Origin: an uncultured Lentimicrobiaceae bacterium
Lineage (GTDB): Bacteria > Bacteroidota > Bacteroidia > Bacteroidales > WCHB1-69
Assembly (NCBI GenBank): GCA_964653595.1
Contig: CAZZHH010000016.1
Coordinates: 1,349 to 65,348 of the forward strand
Reading direction: 5' to 3'
DNA: 64,000 nt
The translations under genes were made by a program, and so were the position numbers. The first letter of the stretch is position 1; the number at the start of each line of letters is the position of its first letter. The notes beneath the pieces were generated by a model. That model searched no databases. It was given only the letters and a program-made list of their open reading frames with translations, and was not told the origin of the DNA. Below, in pieces: positions 20,637 to 29,100 of this stretch.

Positions 20637-21713
20637 ATGAAGAACAAATACACAATTTTTACAAATCAATTATTATCCATCATCCTCGTGATTGGATTGA
20701 TTTGCTCGATGTCGACAGTTAATGCTCAAAAAACCAAAACAACAGTTTCGGAAAAGAGCAAACCCACAAAAGTTAAAGTAGAAAAAAAGCCAATCAGCGA
20801 AACCTCTACCAAACCCATACAAATGGGCAAAGACAAAAAACCAAAAACTCCCGTAAAATTTGAAAAAGATTCTATTACAATAGGGAAAGGAGAATCGGCA
20901 ATAACTATTCCTGTAGAACCCGTTGTAGATAATTTACCAAAAGGAAAAGTAGACTGGACCAACCAATTTATTGAAGCAAAAGGAGAATCGGTAATCGACA
21001 CAGAGCGTTTTAAAAACCCTGCGCAAGCCAAATTGATGGCAAAAAGAGGAGCAATTGTGGATGCTCAACGCAATTTATTAGAGATAACAAAGGGAGTTCA
21101 GGTTACTTCTGAAACTAAGGTACAAGATTTAATTACCACTTCCGATTATATCTATTCAAGAGTGGATGGTGTAATAAAAAATGCACAACAAGTGGGTGAA
21201 GCAATAGAAAAAGATGGAGTAATTCAAGTAACTATGCGCATCCCTATTTATGATCAAAAAGGGCTAGCACCTGTTCTTCACGAACAAGCGGTTAAAAAAA
21301 TGAGCTCGATGGGTTCAATTAAGCCGATAACGAATGAAACTTCTGAAGAAACCCAACCAGCCAATAGCATAAACGAAATTACGGATATGAGCAATCTTGT
21401 TTTCAACCTTAATGGGAAAAAATATGACCCATCCATGTTCCCTGTGGTAATGGATGAAAACAACAACATTTTACTTGACTACAGCAAAATCTATGATCCC
21501 AAAAAAGGAAAGTTCCCAAAAATTGTATCTGCCGGTAAATCAATTTTAGAAGCATTTGGTGTGAAAAAAGGAGTTGAAGTTCTCAACGTAATTGAGTCTG
21601 CAGATGGAAAAATTAAAATTGACACATCCAAAGTTAAAAACAAAATTAATTGGGCAAAAATTGGCAACGTAGCTGCAACTATAGGTAAATTTGCTTTAGC
21701 ACTAGTCTTATAA
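20637..21713 (+). CDS. Secreted protein with LPP20-like domain
   Basis: Signal peptide (VNA/QK) and a K/P/T-rich linker. Segment NPAQAKLMAKRGAIVDAQRNLLEITKGVQVTSETKVQD...VIQVTMRIPIY resembles LPP20/FlgT_N-type domains. Confidence 0.5.
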   Translation: MKNKYTIFTNQLLSIILVIGLICSMSTVNAQKTKTTVSEKSKPTKVKVEKKPISETSTKPIQMGKDKKPKTPVKFEKDSITIGKGESAITIPVEPVVDNLPKGKVDWTNQFIEAKGESVIDTERFKNPAQAKLMAKRGAIVDAQRNLLEITKGVQVTSETKVQDLITTSDYIYSRVDGVIKNAQQVGEAIEKDGVIQVTMRIPIYDQKGLAPVLHEQAVKKMSSMGSIKPITNETSEETQPANSINEITDMSNLVFNLNGKKYDPSMFPVVMDENNNILLDYSKIYDPKKGKFPKIVSAGKSILEAFGVKKGVEVLNVIESADGKIKIDTSKVKNKINWAKIGNVAATIGKFALALVL

Positions 21714-21806
21714 TATTGTAAATTGTTCGAATAATTAGAGTAAATAATATGCAATTAGAGTCTCCTTGTGACATAAAATTGCTCAAACACTAAAATTTAA
21801 ATACGT

Positions 21807-23105
21807 ATGAAAAAAATATCTGTATTCCTATTTTTAATTTTCTCAACATTCGCTATTTGGGCTCAAGAAACAACAACTGTTGAGGTAAAAGGCGAAGGAT
21901 TAAAGCGAGAAGATGCTATTCAAGACGCATTAAGAGCAGCAGTTGGTCAAGCTGTGGGAGTTGCAGTTTCCTCCGAAACAAAAGTAGAGAATTTCATGGT
22001 TCTATCAGATGCAATATCTACCAAAACGGAAGGATACATTGCTAGTTATAAGGTAATCAAAGAGACTCCATTTCCCGATCGTTTTGAAGTGGTTGTAAGC
22101 GCTGTTGTTAGCCTTAATCCTCTAAAAGCGGACATAAATCTTCTTTCCAAATCCATAGGAGGAGTTCGTTTCCTTGTTATGTATGATCCTCGCAATATTG
22201 CGAAAGAAGAAATTGAAAACTATGATTACGTAACAGAAAGGATAAACGAAGCTCTTTCTAAACGAAAATATAGATACATCGAAAAATCACGTTTTGATAT
22301 TTTAAAAAAAGAGTCTCAAGGCATAGCGCAAGAATCTGGCGATATGAAAGAGGAGACCTATGTTCAAAACATTGGATTTAAAGCTGACGCGCAATTTATC
22401 ATTAAAATAAGCAAAATAAGCATTGTTACCAAAAGTGAGGCATTCGATACTCGCAACTCTTCTAAAGTGATTATCGAAGCAAAAGCATACGACAATTGTA
22501 CTGCAGAAGGATTGGGAACAATTATCATGGAAAGCAATTGGAATAGTTCACGAGAAGCAAAAGGTGCTTTAATTTCTTCCATTACGCAAGGGGTAAACGA
22601 CAACATCGATAAATTGCTAGGTGTTTTTAATACATACATTGGAGATTGGGTAAACAACGGAACTCCTTTTGAACTAAGATTTTATGCTTCAGGTTCGTTC
22701 CGCGACTTTCGTGATTTAAGAAATAAACTGAAAGGTGATTCAAATTTTGGGGGTCAACTAGAAATAGTCTCTTTTGATAATTTTTCGAAACTGAATTGTA
22801 CTTTTAAGAAAAAACCTGATGAATTGGCGGATGCCGTGTTAGATTATGCGGATCAAGTGCCATATTTTAAAGACAAAAGAATGGACGTTAGACTAATTTA
22901 TGGTCGTCAAATTTCGTTTGCACCTCAAAATCAAAAGGTACCCGAATTAGACAATGCTTCTATGGCTCAACCCGAAAAAAACACGACTACCACAAAAGAT
23001 GTCCCCAATGGAGAGAAGGTGGTTAAAACCCCAGTAAATAAAGCTCCTGTTAAAACTCCGACAAAAACCACTACAAAAAAACCAGCAGTTAAAAAAGGCA
23101 AATAA
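21807..23105 (+). CDS. Secreted protein: N-terminal LPP20/FlgT_N-like domain, CsgG/LpoB-like middle region, K/P/T-rich tail
   Basis: Signal peptide (IWA/QE). EDAIQDALRAAVGQAVGVAVSSETKVENF... is LPP20-like. RFLVMYDP...VTERINEALSKRKYRYIEKSRFDILKKE resembles CsgG/LpoB-type modules. Basic PT-rich C-terminus. Confidence 0.45.
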   Translation: MKKISVFLFLIFSTFAIWAQETTTVEVKGEGLKREDAIQDALRAAVGQAVGVAVSSETKVENFMVLSDAISTKTEGYIASYKVIKETPFPDRFEVVVSAVVSLNPLKADINLLSKSIGGVRFLVMYDPRNIAKEEIENYDYVTERINEALSKRKYRYIEKSRFDILKKESQGIAQESGDMKEETYVQNIGFKADAQFIIKISKISIVTKSEAFDTRNSSKVIIEAKAYDNCTAEGLGTIIMESNWNSSREAKGALISSITQGVNDNIDKLLGVFNTYIGDWVNNGTPFELRFYASGSFRDFRDLRNKLKGDSNFGGQLEIVSFDNFSKLNCTFKKKPDELADAVLDYADQVPYFKDKRMDVRLIYGRQISFAPQNQKVPELDNASMAQPEKNTTTTKDVPNGEKVVKTPVNKAPVKTPTKTTTKKPAVKKGK

Positions 23106-23123
23106 TCAATAAAATATGAATGT

Positions 23124-24152
23124 ATGAAAAAGATAATAATCAGTAGTTTAGTTTTGTTTTTGGCTATAAATACCTTTGCTCAAGTTAAAGGAAGTTTGAC
23201 CATATACTCAAAAGAGGGTGAAAAAATATGGGTTGTAAAAAATGGAATCAAACAAAATAAAGAAGCAAATACGAGTGTAACCATAAAAGACATCACCGAT
23301 AAATATTTTAAAATTAAAATTATAATAGACGACGAAGCAATGTCTACGGTTGACAAATCGGTTCAAATGGTAGATGTAGATGATAAAATGTGTAATATTA
23401 CCTATGAGTTACGGAAGAAAAAAAATGTATATGGATTGAACTTAATTAGTTGGGAACCAGCAGTTGCACATACTAATTCGAATCCTACTTCTACCACTTC
23501 AACACCTGTGAATCAAACGACGAAAATAGATGATTTTCAGCAAAATACTACCATGGGCGAAACGGGTGTAACCCAAACAACTACTACAGGGGAAGTGCAA
23601 ACAAACGTAAATATGGGACAAAATGGTGCAAACGTTTCTATTAATGATCCAGAGTTAGGTGTTAATTTCAACATGGGTGTTAATATCCCTGGTGGGCAAG
23701 GAGTAGTTACTTCAACCACCACAACTACTACCACCTCAAGTAGCACCAATACAAATGTTACAAATAAGCCCTCAACTTCAACAGGGCCAATGAAACCAAA
23801 ACCTCAACCAAAACCAACCACAGATGAGCGTCCAATTACCGAATTAAAACGTGGGTGCTACAAGGCAATGCCTCTTGCTGATTTTACAGAAGCAAAAGCC
23901 CAAGTACAAAAAGCAAGTTTTGCAGACGACAAATTACGTATTGCTAAACAGATCACTCAAGCCAACTGCATGTCGGTAGCTCAAATTAAGGAGATTGCAA
24001 AATTGTTTAGTTTTGAAGACAATAAATTGGAATATGTCAAATTCGCTTACGATTTTACCTTTGAACAAAACAAATATTATATGCTTAATGATATTTTTAG
24101 TTTTTCGAGTTCAAAAGAAGAGATGGACAACTTTTTAAACTCAAAGAGATAA
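23124..24152 (+). CDS. Secreted protein with Thr/Ser/Pro-rich linker and C-terminal DUF4476-like domain
   Basis: Signal peptide (TFA/QV). T-run TSTTTTTTTSSSTNTN. C-terminal FADDKLRIAKQ...FSFEDNKLEYVKFAY pattern, which I recall as DUF4476. Confidence 0.55.
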   Translation: MKKIIISSLVLFLAINTFAQVKGSLTIYSKEGEKIWVVKNGIKQNKEANTSVTIKDITDKYFKIKIIIDDEAMSTVDKSVQMVDVDDKMCNITYELRKKKNVYGLNLISWEPAVAHTNSNPTSTTSTPVNQTTKIDDFQQNTTMGETGVTQTTTTGEVQTNVNMGQNGANVSINDPELGVNFNMGVNIPGGQGVVTSTTTTTTTSSSTNTNVTNKPSTSTGPMKPKPQPKPTTDERPITELKRGCYKAMPLADFTEAKAQVQKASFADDKLRIAKQITQANCMSVAQIKEIAKLFSFEDNKLEYVKFAYDFTFEQNKYYMLNDIFSFSSSKEEMDNFLNSKR

Positions 24153-24226
24153 ACCTTTGAATGTTTTTTTTGAAAAAAAGAGTATGTTCTCTCATCGGAT
24201 AGAATAATACATTCCTCCTACAAACA

Positions 24227-24257
24227 AGGGTGAAAATTAAAATTTTCACCCTTTTTT
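24227..24257 (+). terminator. Intrinsic terminator ending the three-gene secreted-protein operon
   Basis: 12-bp perfect stem AGGGTGAAAATT/AATTTTCACCCT followed by TTTTTT. Confidence 0.75.
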
Positions 24258-24562
24258 GTATCCTTAAATCCAAAATCAGCGATACAATCGCTGAAACGAT
24301 TAAATGTATATATATCCAATAGTTATGCACAAGCGTAGAAAGACAGAACCACAGTGAAAAATTTGCTGCATAAAGAAAAAGAGGAAATGGAAACCCCGTC
24401 CACATTCAGGCACATTTGGCTGCCCTTACGCACAGGCGACCGCTTCGCAGCCAAAAGAGCCTTCATTTTGCCATTCCACATCTGACTGTTGATAATTCAG
24501 ACACTTTTTATAATGAAATTTGATATAAAAAATCTATTTTAGCTGACTGACTATTTTACGAC

Positions 24563-24763
24563 ATGAACAGAATAAAAGAAATTCTTGAAAAAAAAGGAAT
24601 TAAGCAGACTTGGTTGGCTGAAAGACTTGGTAAAAGTTATAATGTTGTAAATGGATATGTGCAAAACAGACAACAACCAAGATTAGAAGTGCTTTTCGAA
24701 ATTGCAAAAATCCTTGATGTTGACCCGAAGGAATTAATTAAAACAGAAGACTGTAAAAAATGA
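24563..24763 (+). CDS. XRE-family helix-turn-helix protein (controller-like, 66 aa)
   Basis: HTH_3 pattern GIKQTWLAERLGKSYNVVNGYVQNRQQPRLEVLFEIAKILDV. Its stop overlaps the ATG of the next gene by 4 nt (ATGA). Confidence 0.85.
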   Translation: MNRIKEILEKKGIKQTWLAERLGKSYNVVNGYVQNRQQPRLEVLFEIAKILDVDPKELIKTEDCKK

Positions 24764-27700
24764 TTTTAGATAACGAAAACGAAAATAAAAAAGTCCACGA
24801 GTGGTTTTCTCAATATACAGAAGCGGGAAAACTGGATATTGTAACAGGATATTTTACAATTGGTGCATTAGCTTATTTATCCAAACAGGTTAATGATAAA
24901 ATAAGTGATTTCCGTTTAGTATTAGGCGATATTGTAAATGTTGACATTGAGGATAACCGACCTTTGGACTTATTGAATGAAAACATAAGCATTGAAGCAT
25001 CTTTAAAATTAAGTAGTGTTGCACTGGAAGTCGTTAATTTTCTAAAACAAAATAAAGTAATTGCAAAAACACTTGAACCTAATTTTTGCCATGCTAAAAA
25101 TTATCTATTTAATCCATCTGAAAACGATGATAGAAAGAAATACTTTATTTCGGGAAGTTCTAATTTGACAGAAGCTGGAATTGGATTAAAGACAACAAAT
25201 AATGTTGAATTAAACATTGCTGAAACAGGAAATAACAACCAATACAAAGAACTTGTAAGTTGGTTTGAAAACCTTTGGGTAAGACCGCAAGCCCACAAGG
25301 ATAAGACAATTATTCATAATGATGGAACTAAAACAAAGGTTGATTTCAAGGAATATCTAATTCACGAAATAGAGAAAATATTTATCAAGTACACGCCAAG
25401 AGAAATATATTTCAAAATTCTATTCGAACTGTTCGGCTCGCAGCTTATAGAGCAAGAAAACGACCCTGATTTTAGCAGACAAGTTGGACGTCTGGAAAAC
25501 AGTGTAATTTATAATGCACTTTATGATTTTCAAAAGAAGGGTGTTTTAAGTTTAATCCGAATGCTTCAAAAATACAATGGAGCAATATTGGCTGACGCTG
25601 TTGGTTTGGGAAAAACATGGAGCGCATTGGCTGTAATGAAGTTCTTTCAATTGCAAGGGCGTGAAGTTCTGTTACTTTGTCCAAAGAAACTTGAAAACAA
25701 CTGGAAAAGGCATAGAAAGAATCAGGAATCAAAATTCGAAAAAGACCAGTTTGATTTTTTTGTTCGTTTCCATACAGATATGAGCGAAGAAAGACTTGAA
25801 AAATATGACGACCGTGCTGATAAGTTCTTCACCAACGACAAGCCCAAACTTATAGTAATTGATGAGAGCCATAATTTAAGAAATGATAAATCGAATCGTT
25901 ATACGTTTTTATTAGAACAAGTTCTAAAACCAAACGAAGATATTAAAGTACTTTTACTTTCAGCAACACCAATAAACAACTCGTTAAATGATATTCGCAA
26001 CCAGTTTAAATTAATGGTGCAGGGCGATGTTCAGGGATACAATGAGAAATTAGGTGTTAGAAATATTGAATATACTTTCCGCACTGCTCAAAAAGCATTT
26101 AATGAATGGAGAGAGGACGATAAGCCAAAAATAAGTGAGTTCATAAAAAAACTACCTGCCAATTTCTTTACGCTTACCGATTCATTAACCGTTGCCCGTA
26201 CACGAAAAATGATTGACGGACATCAAAAAGAATTGATTTTTCCACATAAAGCGAAACCAATAAATCTTTTTGTTACTCCTCATGAACTTGGAAATTTCGA
26301 AACATTTGAAGAATTATTTGACCATTTTCCGCCTATGCTGTCTGGCTATCAACCTTCGTTTTATGTTGATATTAACGAAAAGGAAAAGAATGTTTTGCAC
26401 GATGAAAGGCAGCGTGACCGCTTCCTCGTTAAAATGATGTACATTTTAATGGTTAAACGCTTAGAGTCGTCTTGGTTTTCATTTTATTCAACAGTTGAGA
26501 AAATCAAAAATCATCATCAAAACGCTTTGGATAAAATCAAAAATTACCTTGAGAACAAGAAAAATCAAACTATGGATGATATAGATGCCAATCAATTTGA
26601 CGATGATGATTTAGAAGAACAATACGAAGAATTTACCCTTGGCAAAAAACGTAAAATCAGCCTCTCTGAAATTGATGAAGCAGGTAATATTGAAAATTTT
26701 AAAAAGGATTTAAAGAAAGATTTGGATGCTTTAGATAACCTCTTTATTAATCTTCAAAAATTTGAGTCACGGATTAACAAAGAAATTGACAAACCAAACA
26801 ATTTAAATTCAATTGATAATAAGCTTGAAGAACTTATAAAACAAATTCAATCCAAACGTTTAAAAGGTGCAAACGCAAACAATCAGAAGGTTGTAATTTT
26901 TACGGTTTATAGGGATACGGCTAAATACCTGTTTGACCAATTAAAGGCAAGGGGATTTAATAATTTGGCAATGGTTTCAGGCTCTGGTTCATTAACTTCC
27001 GATTCGGATGAAGAAACAAAAAACTTTGAACCAATACTTGAACGTTTTGCTCCTTACACGAAACTTTACAAGGAAAAAGAGTGGGATTTTGATTCCGAAA
27101 AACATAAATCAAATGCTTATCAGGAATGGATAAAATGGATTGCAGACAACCACCCAAAAACCTATCAAAAGTTACAAAACCCGATTGATATTTTAATTGC
27201 AACCGATGCTTTAAGTGAAGGACAAAACTTGCAGGATGCTGATATGGTAATTAATTACGATATACACTGGAACCCTGTAAGGATTATTCAACGAATGGGG
27301 CGTATTGACCGTTTGGGCTCACCAAACCAAAAGATTTACGGTATTAATTTCTGGCCATCGAACAACATAAACAACTACTTAGATTTGCAAGGTCGTATTG
27401 AGCAGCGAATGGCTGCTATGAAATTGGCAGGTGCAGAAGTAAACCTTGAATTTTCCGATACCTTCAAAGAAATGGCAGAAGACGAAAATCTTGAAAATCG
27501 TCTAAAATCCCGAATGATGGAACAAATGCAAACATCTTGGGATGATATTGAAGTGAGCGACCAAGGACTTGGATTTGACAATTTGTCGCTCGAAAAGTAC
27601 CGACAAGATTTATTTGAAGAATTTAATAAAGACAAGTCAAAATACCAGCGAATGCCTAAAGGTGTGTATTCGGGGTTCAAATCGGATAAAAATATATGTT

Positions 27701-28143
27701 CAAAAGACGGCATCATTGCGCTTTTAGGTTATCCGTCGAAACCTGAAAAACAGCGTGACCACATGTACAGAGTATTTGATATTATTTACATTGATTATAG
27801 AGGAGAAATGGTTTTGCTCAACCAAAAAGAGGTTTTGGATGCAATTACTTATCACAAAGACAGGGAGCGTTTTGTGCCTGATGCCATTGATAAAGGAAAT
27901 GAATCTGCAATACAGGAATTAGTAAACGCACTGAAAAACTATTTAGATAGTCAGGCAACCGAAACAGAAGTACAAGCCGATGGCACAATAAAAAAATCAA
28001 TGGGCAGAGAGGCAAAAGACGTTTTAGACAAACTCCGAAAAGGCGACAAAGGTGCTTTGGCAAGAGTGAAGCAAAACGTAAAAGTTGATGAAAAATATCA
28101 ACTCGACAATTTTGATTTAATAGCATGGTTTATAATATCATAG
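24760..28143 (+). CDS. PLD-family (single HKD) nuclease domain fused to an SNF2-family ATPase/translocase
   Basis: HKD motif HAK at 25090-25098 plus GSSNLT. SNF2 motif I GLGKT at 25603-25617, motif II DESH at 25861-25872 and motif III SATP. C-lobe carries ATDALSEGQNLQ and QRMGRIDRLGS. About 280 aa of C-terminal sequence has no motif I recognise. Confidence 0.9.
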   Translation: MILDNENENKKVHEWFSQYTEAGKLDIVTGYFTIGALAYLSKQVNDKISDFRLVLGDIVNVDIEDNRPLDLLNENISIEASLKLSSVALEVVNFLKQNKVIAKTLEPNFCHAKNYLFNPSENDDRKKYFISGSSNLTEAGIGLKTTNNVELNIAETGNNNQYKELVSWFENLWVRPQAHKDKTIIHNDGTKTKVDFKEYLIHEIEKIFIKYTPREIYFKILFELFGSQLIEQENDPDFSRQVGRLENSVIYNALYDFQKKGVLSLIRMLQKYNGAILADAVGLGKTWSALAVMKFFQLQGREVLLLCPKKLENNWKRHRKNQESKFEKDQFDFFVRFHTDMSEERLEKYDDRADKFFTNDKPKLIVIDESHNLRNDKSNRYTFLLEQVLKPNEDIKVLLLSATPINNSLNDIRNQFKLMVQGDVQGYNEKLGVRNIEYTFRTAQKAFNEWREDDKPKISEFIKKLPANFFTLTDSLTVARTRKMIDGHQKELIFPHKAKPINLFVTPHELGNFETFEELFDHFPPMLSGYQPSFYVDINEKEKNVLHDERQRDRFLVKMMYILMVKRLESSWFSFYSTVEKIKNHHQNALDKIKNYLENKKNQTMDDIDANQFDDDDLEEQYEEFTLGKKRKISLSEIDEAGNIENFKKDLKKDLDALDNLFINLQKFESRINKEIDKPNNLNSIDNKLEELIKQIQSKRLKGANANNQKVVIFTVYRDTAKYLFDQLKARGFNNLAMVSGSGSLTSDSDEETKNFEPILERFAPYTKLYKEKEWDFDSEKHKSNAYQEWIKWIADNHPKTYQKLQNPIDILIATDALSEGQNLQDADMVINYDIHWNPVRIIQRMGRIDRLGSPNQKIYGINFWPSNNINNYLDLQGRIEQRMAAMKLAGAEVNLEFSDTFKEMAEDENLENRLKSRMMEQMQTSWDDIEVSDQGLGFDNLSLEKYRQDLFEEFNKDKSKYQRMPKGVYSGFKSDKNICSKDGIIALLGYPSKPEKQRDHMYRVFDIIYIDYRGEMVLLNQKEVLDAITYHKDRERFVPDAIDKGNESAIQELVNALKNYLDSQATETEVQADGTIKKSMGREAKDVLDKLRKGDKGALARVKQNVKVDEKYQLDNFDLIAWFIIS

Positions 28144-28148
28144 TTTTT

Positions 28149-28174
28149 CAAACCCGTCGAATTCGACGGGTTTG
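28149..28174. repeat. 26-nt perfect palindrome CAAACCCGTCGAATTCGACGGGTTTG between the helicase and KilA-N genes
   Basis: Read directly. GC-rich 12-bp stem centred on GAATTC, starting 6 nt after the helicase stop. There is no clean T-run, so it is an attenuator or processing hairpin rather than a strong terminator. Confidence 0.8.
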
Positions 28175-28194
28175 GAAAATAAAACAATTGAGCA

Positions 28195-29007
28195 ATGGCA
28201 AAAAATAAAAAAATTAATGTCGAAGGAATTGAAATCACTGTTATTCAGCAAAATAATAATGATTTTATTAGTCTTACCGATATGACTTCTAATTTTAAAG
28301 AAGGTGCCGGATTAATAGGTAAGTGGGTTACCAATAAAAATACTTTAGAATATCTTGGTATTTGGGAGAAAATAAACAATCAAGGTTTTAATTACCCCGA
28401 ATTCGGGGTAATTGAAAAGGAAGCCGGCACAAATCGGTTTATTATGTCGGTTGGACAGTGGATTCAAAGAACCGACGCTGTAGGTGTAATAGTAAAAGCT
28501 GGCAGGTACGGTGGAACTTATGCACACAAAGACATAGCCTTTCATTTTGCAATGTGGTTGAGTCCTGAATTTCAAATTTATTTGATAAATGAATTTCAAC
28601 GCCTCAAGGAAATTGAAAATAAAGAGTTAGGTTGGAATGTAAGCCGGATTTTATCAAAAATCAACTACCGCATTCACACCGATGCCATTAAGGAAAACTT
28701 AATCCCCGAAAAACTTTCGCCAGCTAAAATTCAACAAGTATATGCCTCTGAGGCTGATGTGCTGAATGTTGCACTATTCAACTGTACAGCCATGGAATGG
28801 CGAAGCGAAAATCCCGAAAAAGAAGGCAATATGCGTGATTATGCAACACTTGAACAGTTGGTTGTTTTGGCAAATTTAGAAAGCATGAATGCTTTGTTTA
28901 TCCGGCAGCAAATTCCACAATCACAACGGCTTGTTTTACTTAATGAGCAGGCAATCCAACAAATGAAAAGTATTTTATCCGTTCCGGGATTTAAAAAATT
29001 GCAATAA
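28195..29007 (+). CDS. KilA-N domain DNA-binding protein
   Basis: KilA-N pattern: ISLTDM...GKWVTNKNTLEYLGIWE...GRYGGTYAHKDIAFHFAMWLSPEFQIYL. The C-terminal half is helical and of unknown function. Confidence 0.72.
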   Translation: MAKNKKINVEGIEITVIQQNNNDFISLTDMTSNFKEGAGLIGKWVTNKNTLEYLGIWEKINNQGFNYPEFGVIEKEAGTNRFIMSVGQWIQRTDAVGVIVKAGRYGGTYAHKDIAFHFAMWLSPEFQIYLINEFQRLKEIENKELGWNVSRILSKINYRIHTDAIKENLIPEKLSPAKIQQVYASEADVLNVALFNCTAMEWRSENPEKEGNMRDYATLEQLVVLANLESMNALFIRQQIPQSQRLVLLNEQAIQQMKSILSVPGFKKLQ

Positions 29008-29013
29008 TTATGA

Positions 29014-29071
29014 AACACCCATGTTTTACAATCGCAAACACAATAATAATAAAATCAACAACATGGGTGTT
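29014..29071. repeat. 12-bp inverted repeat AACACCCATGTT / AACATGGGTGTT separated by 34 nt, between the KilA-N and methyltransferase genes
   Basis: Arms at 29014-29025 and 29060-29071, read directly. The loop is A-rich. Confidence 0.75.
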
Positions 29072-29100
29072 CCATCATACTTCTAAAAAATAATTTTATT

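Noticed and set aside
24097-24405. Minus-strand 102-aa ORF spanning the end of the DUF4476 gene and the intergenic region
   Set aside because: It overlaps a well-supported plus-strand gene and runs through its intrinsic terminator hairpin. No supporting motif was found.
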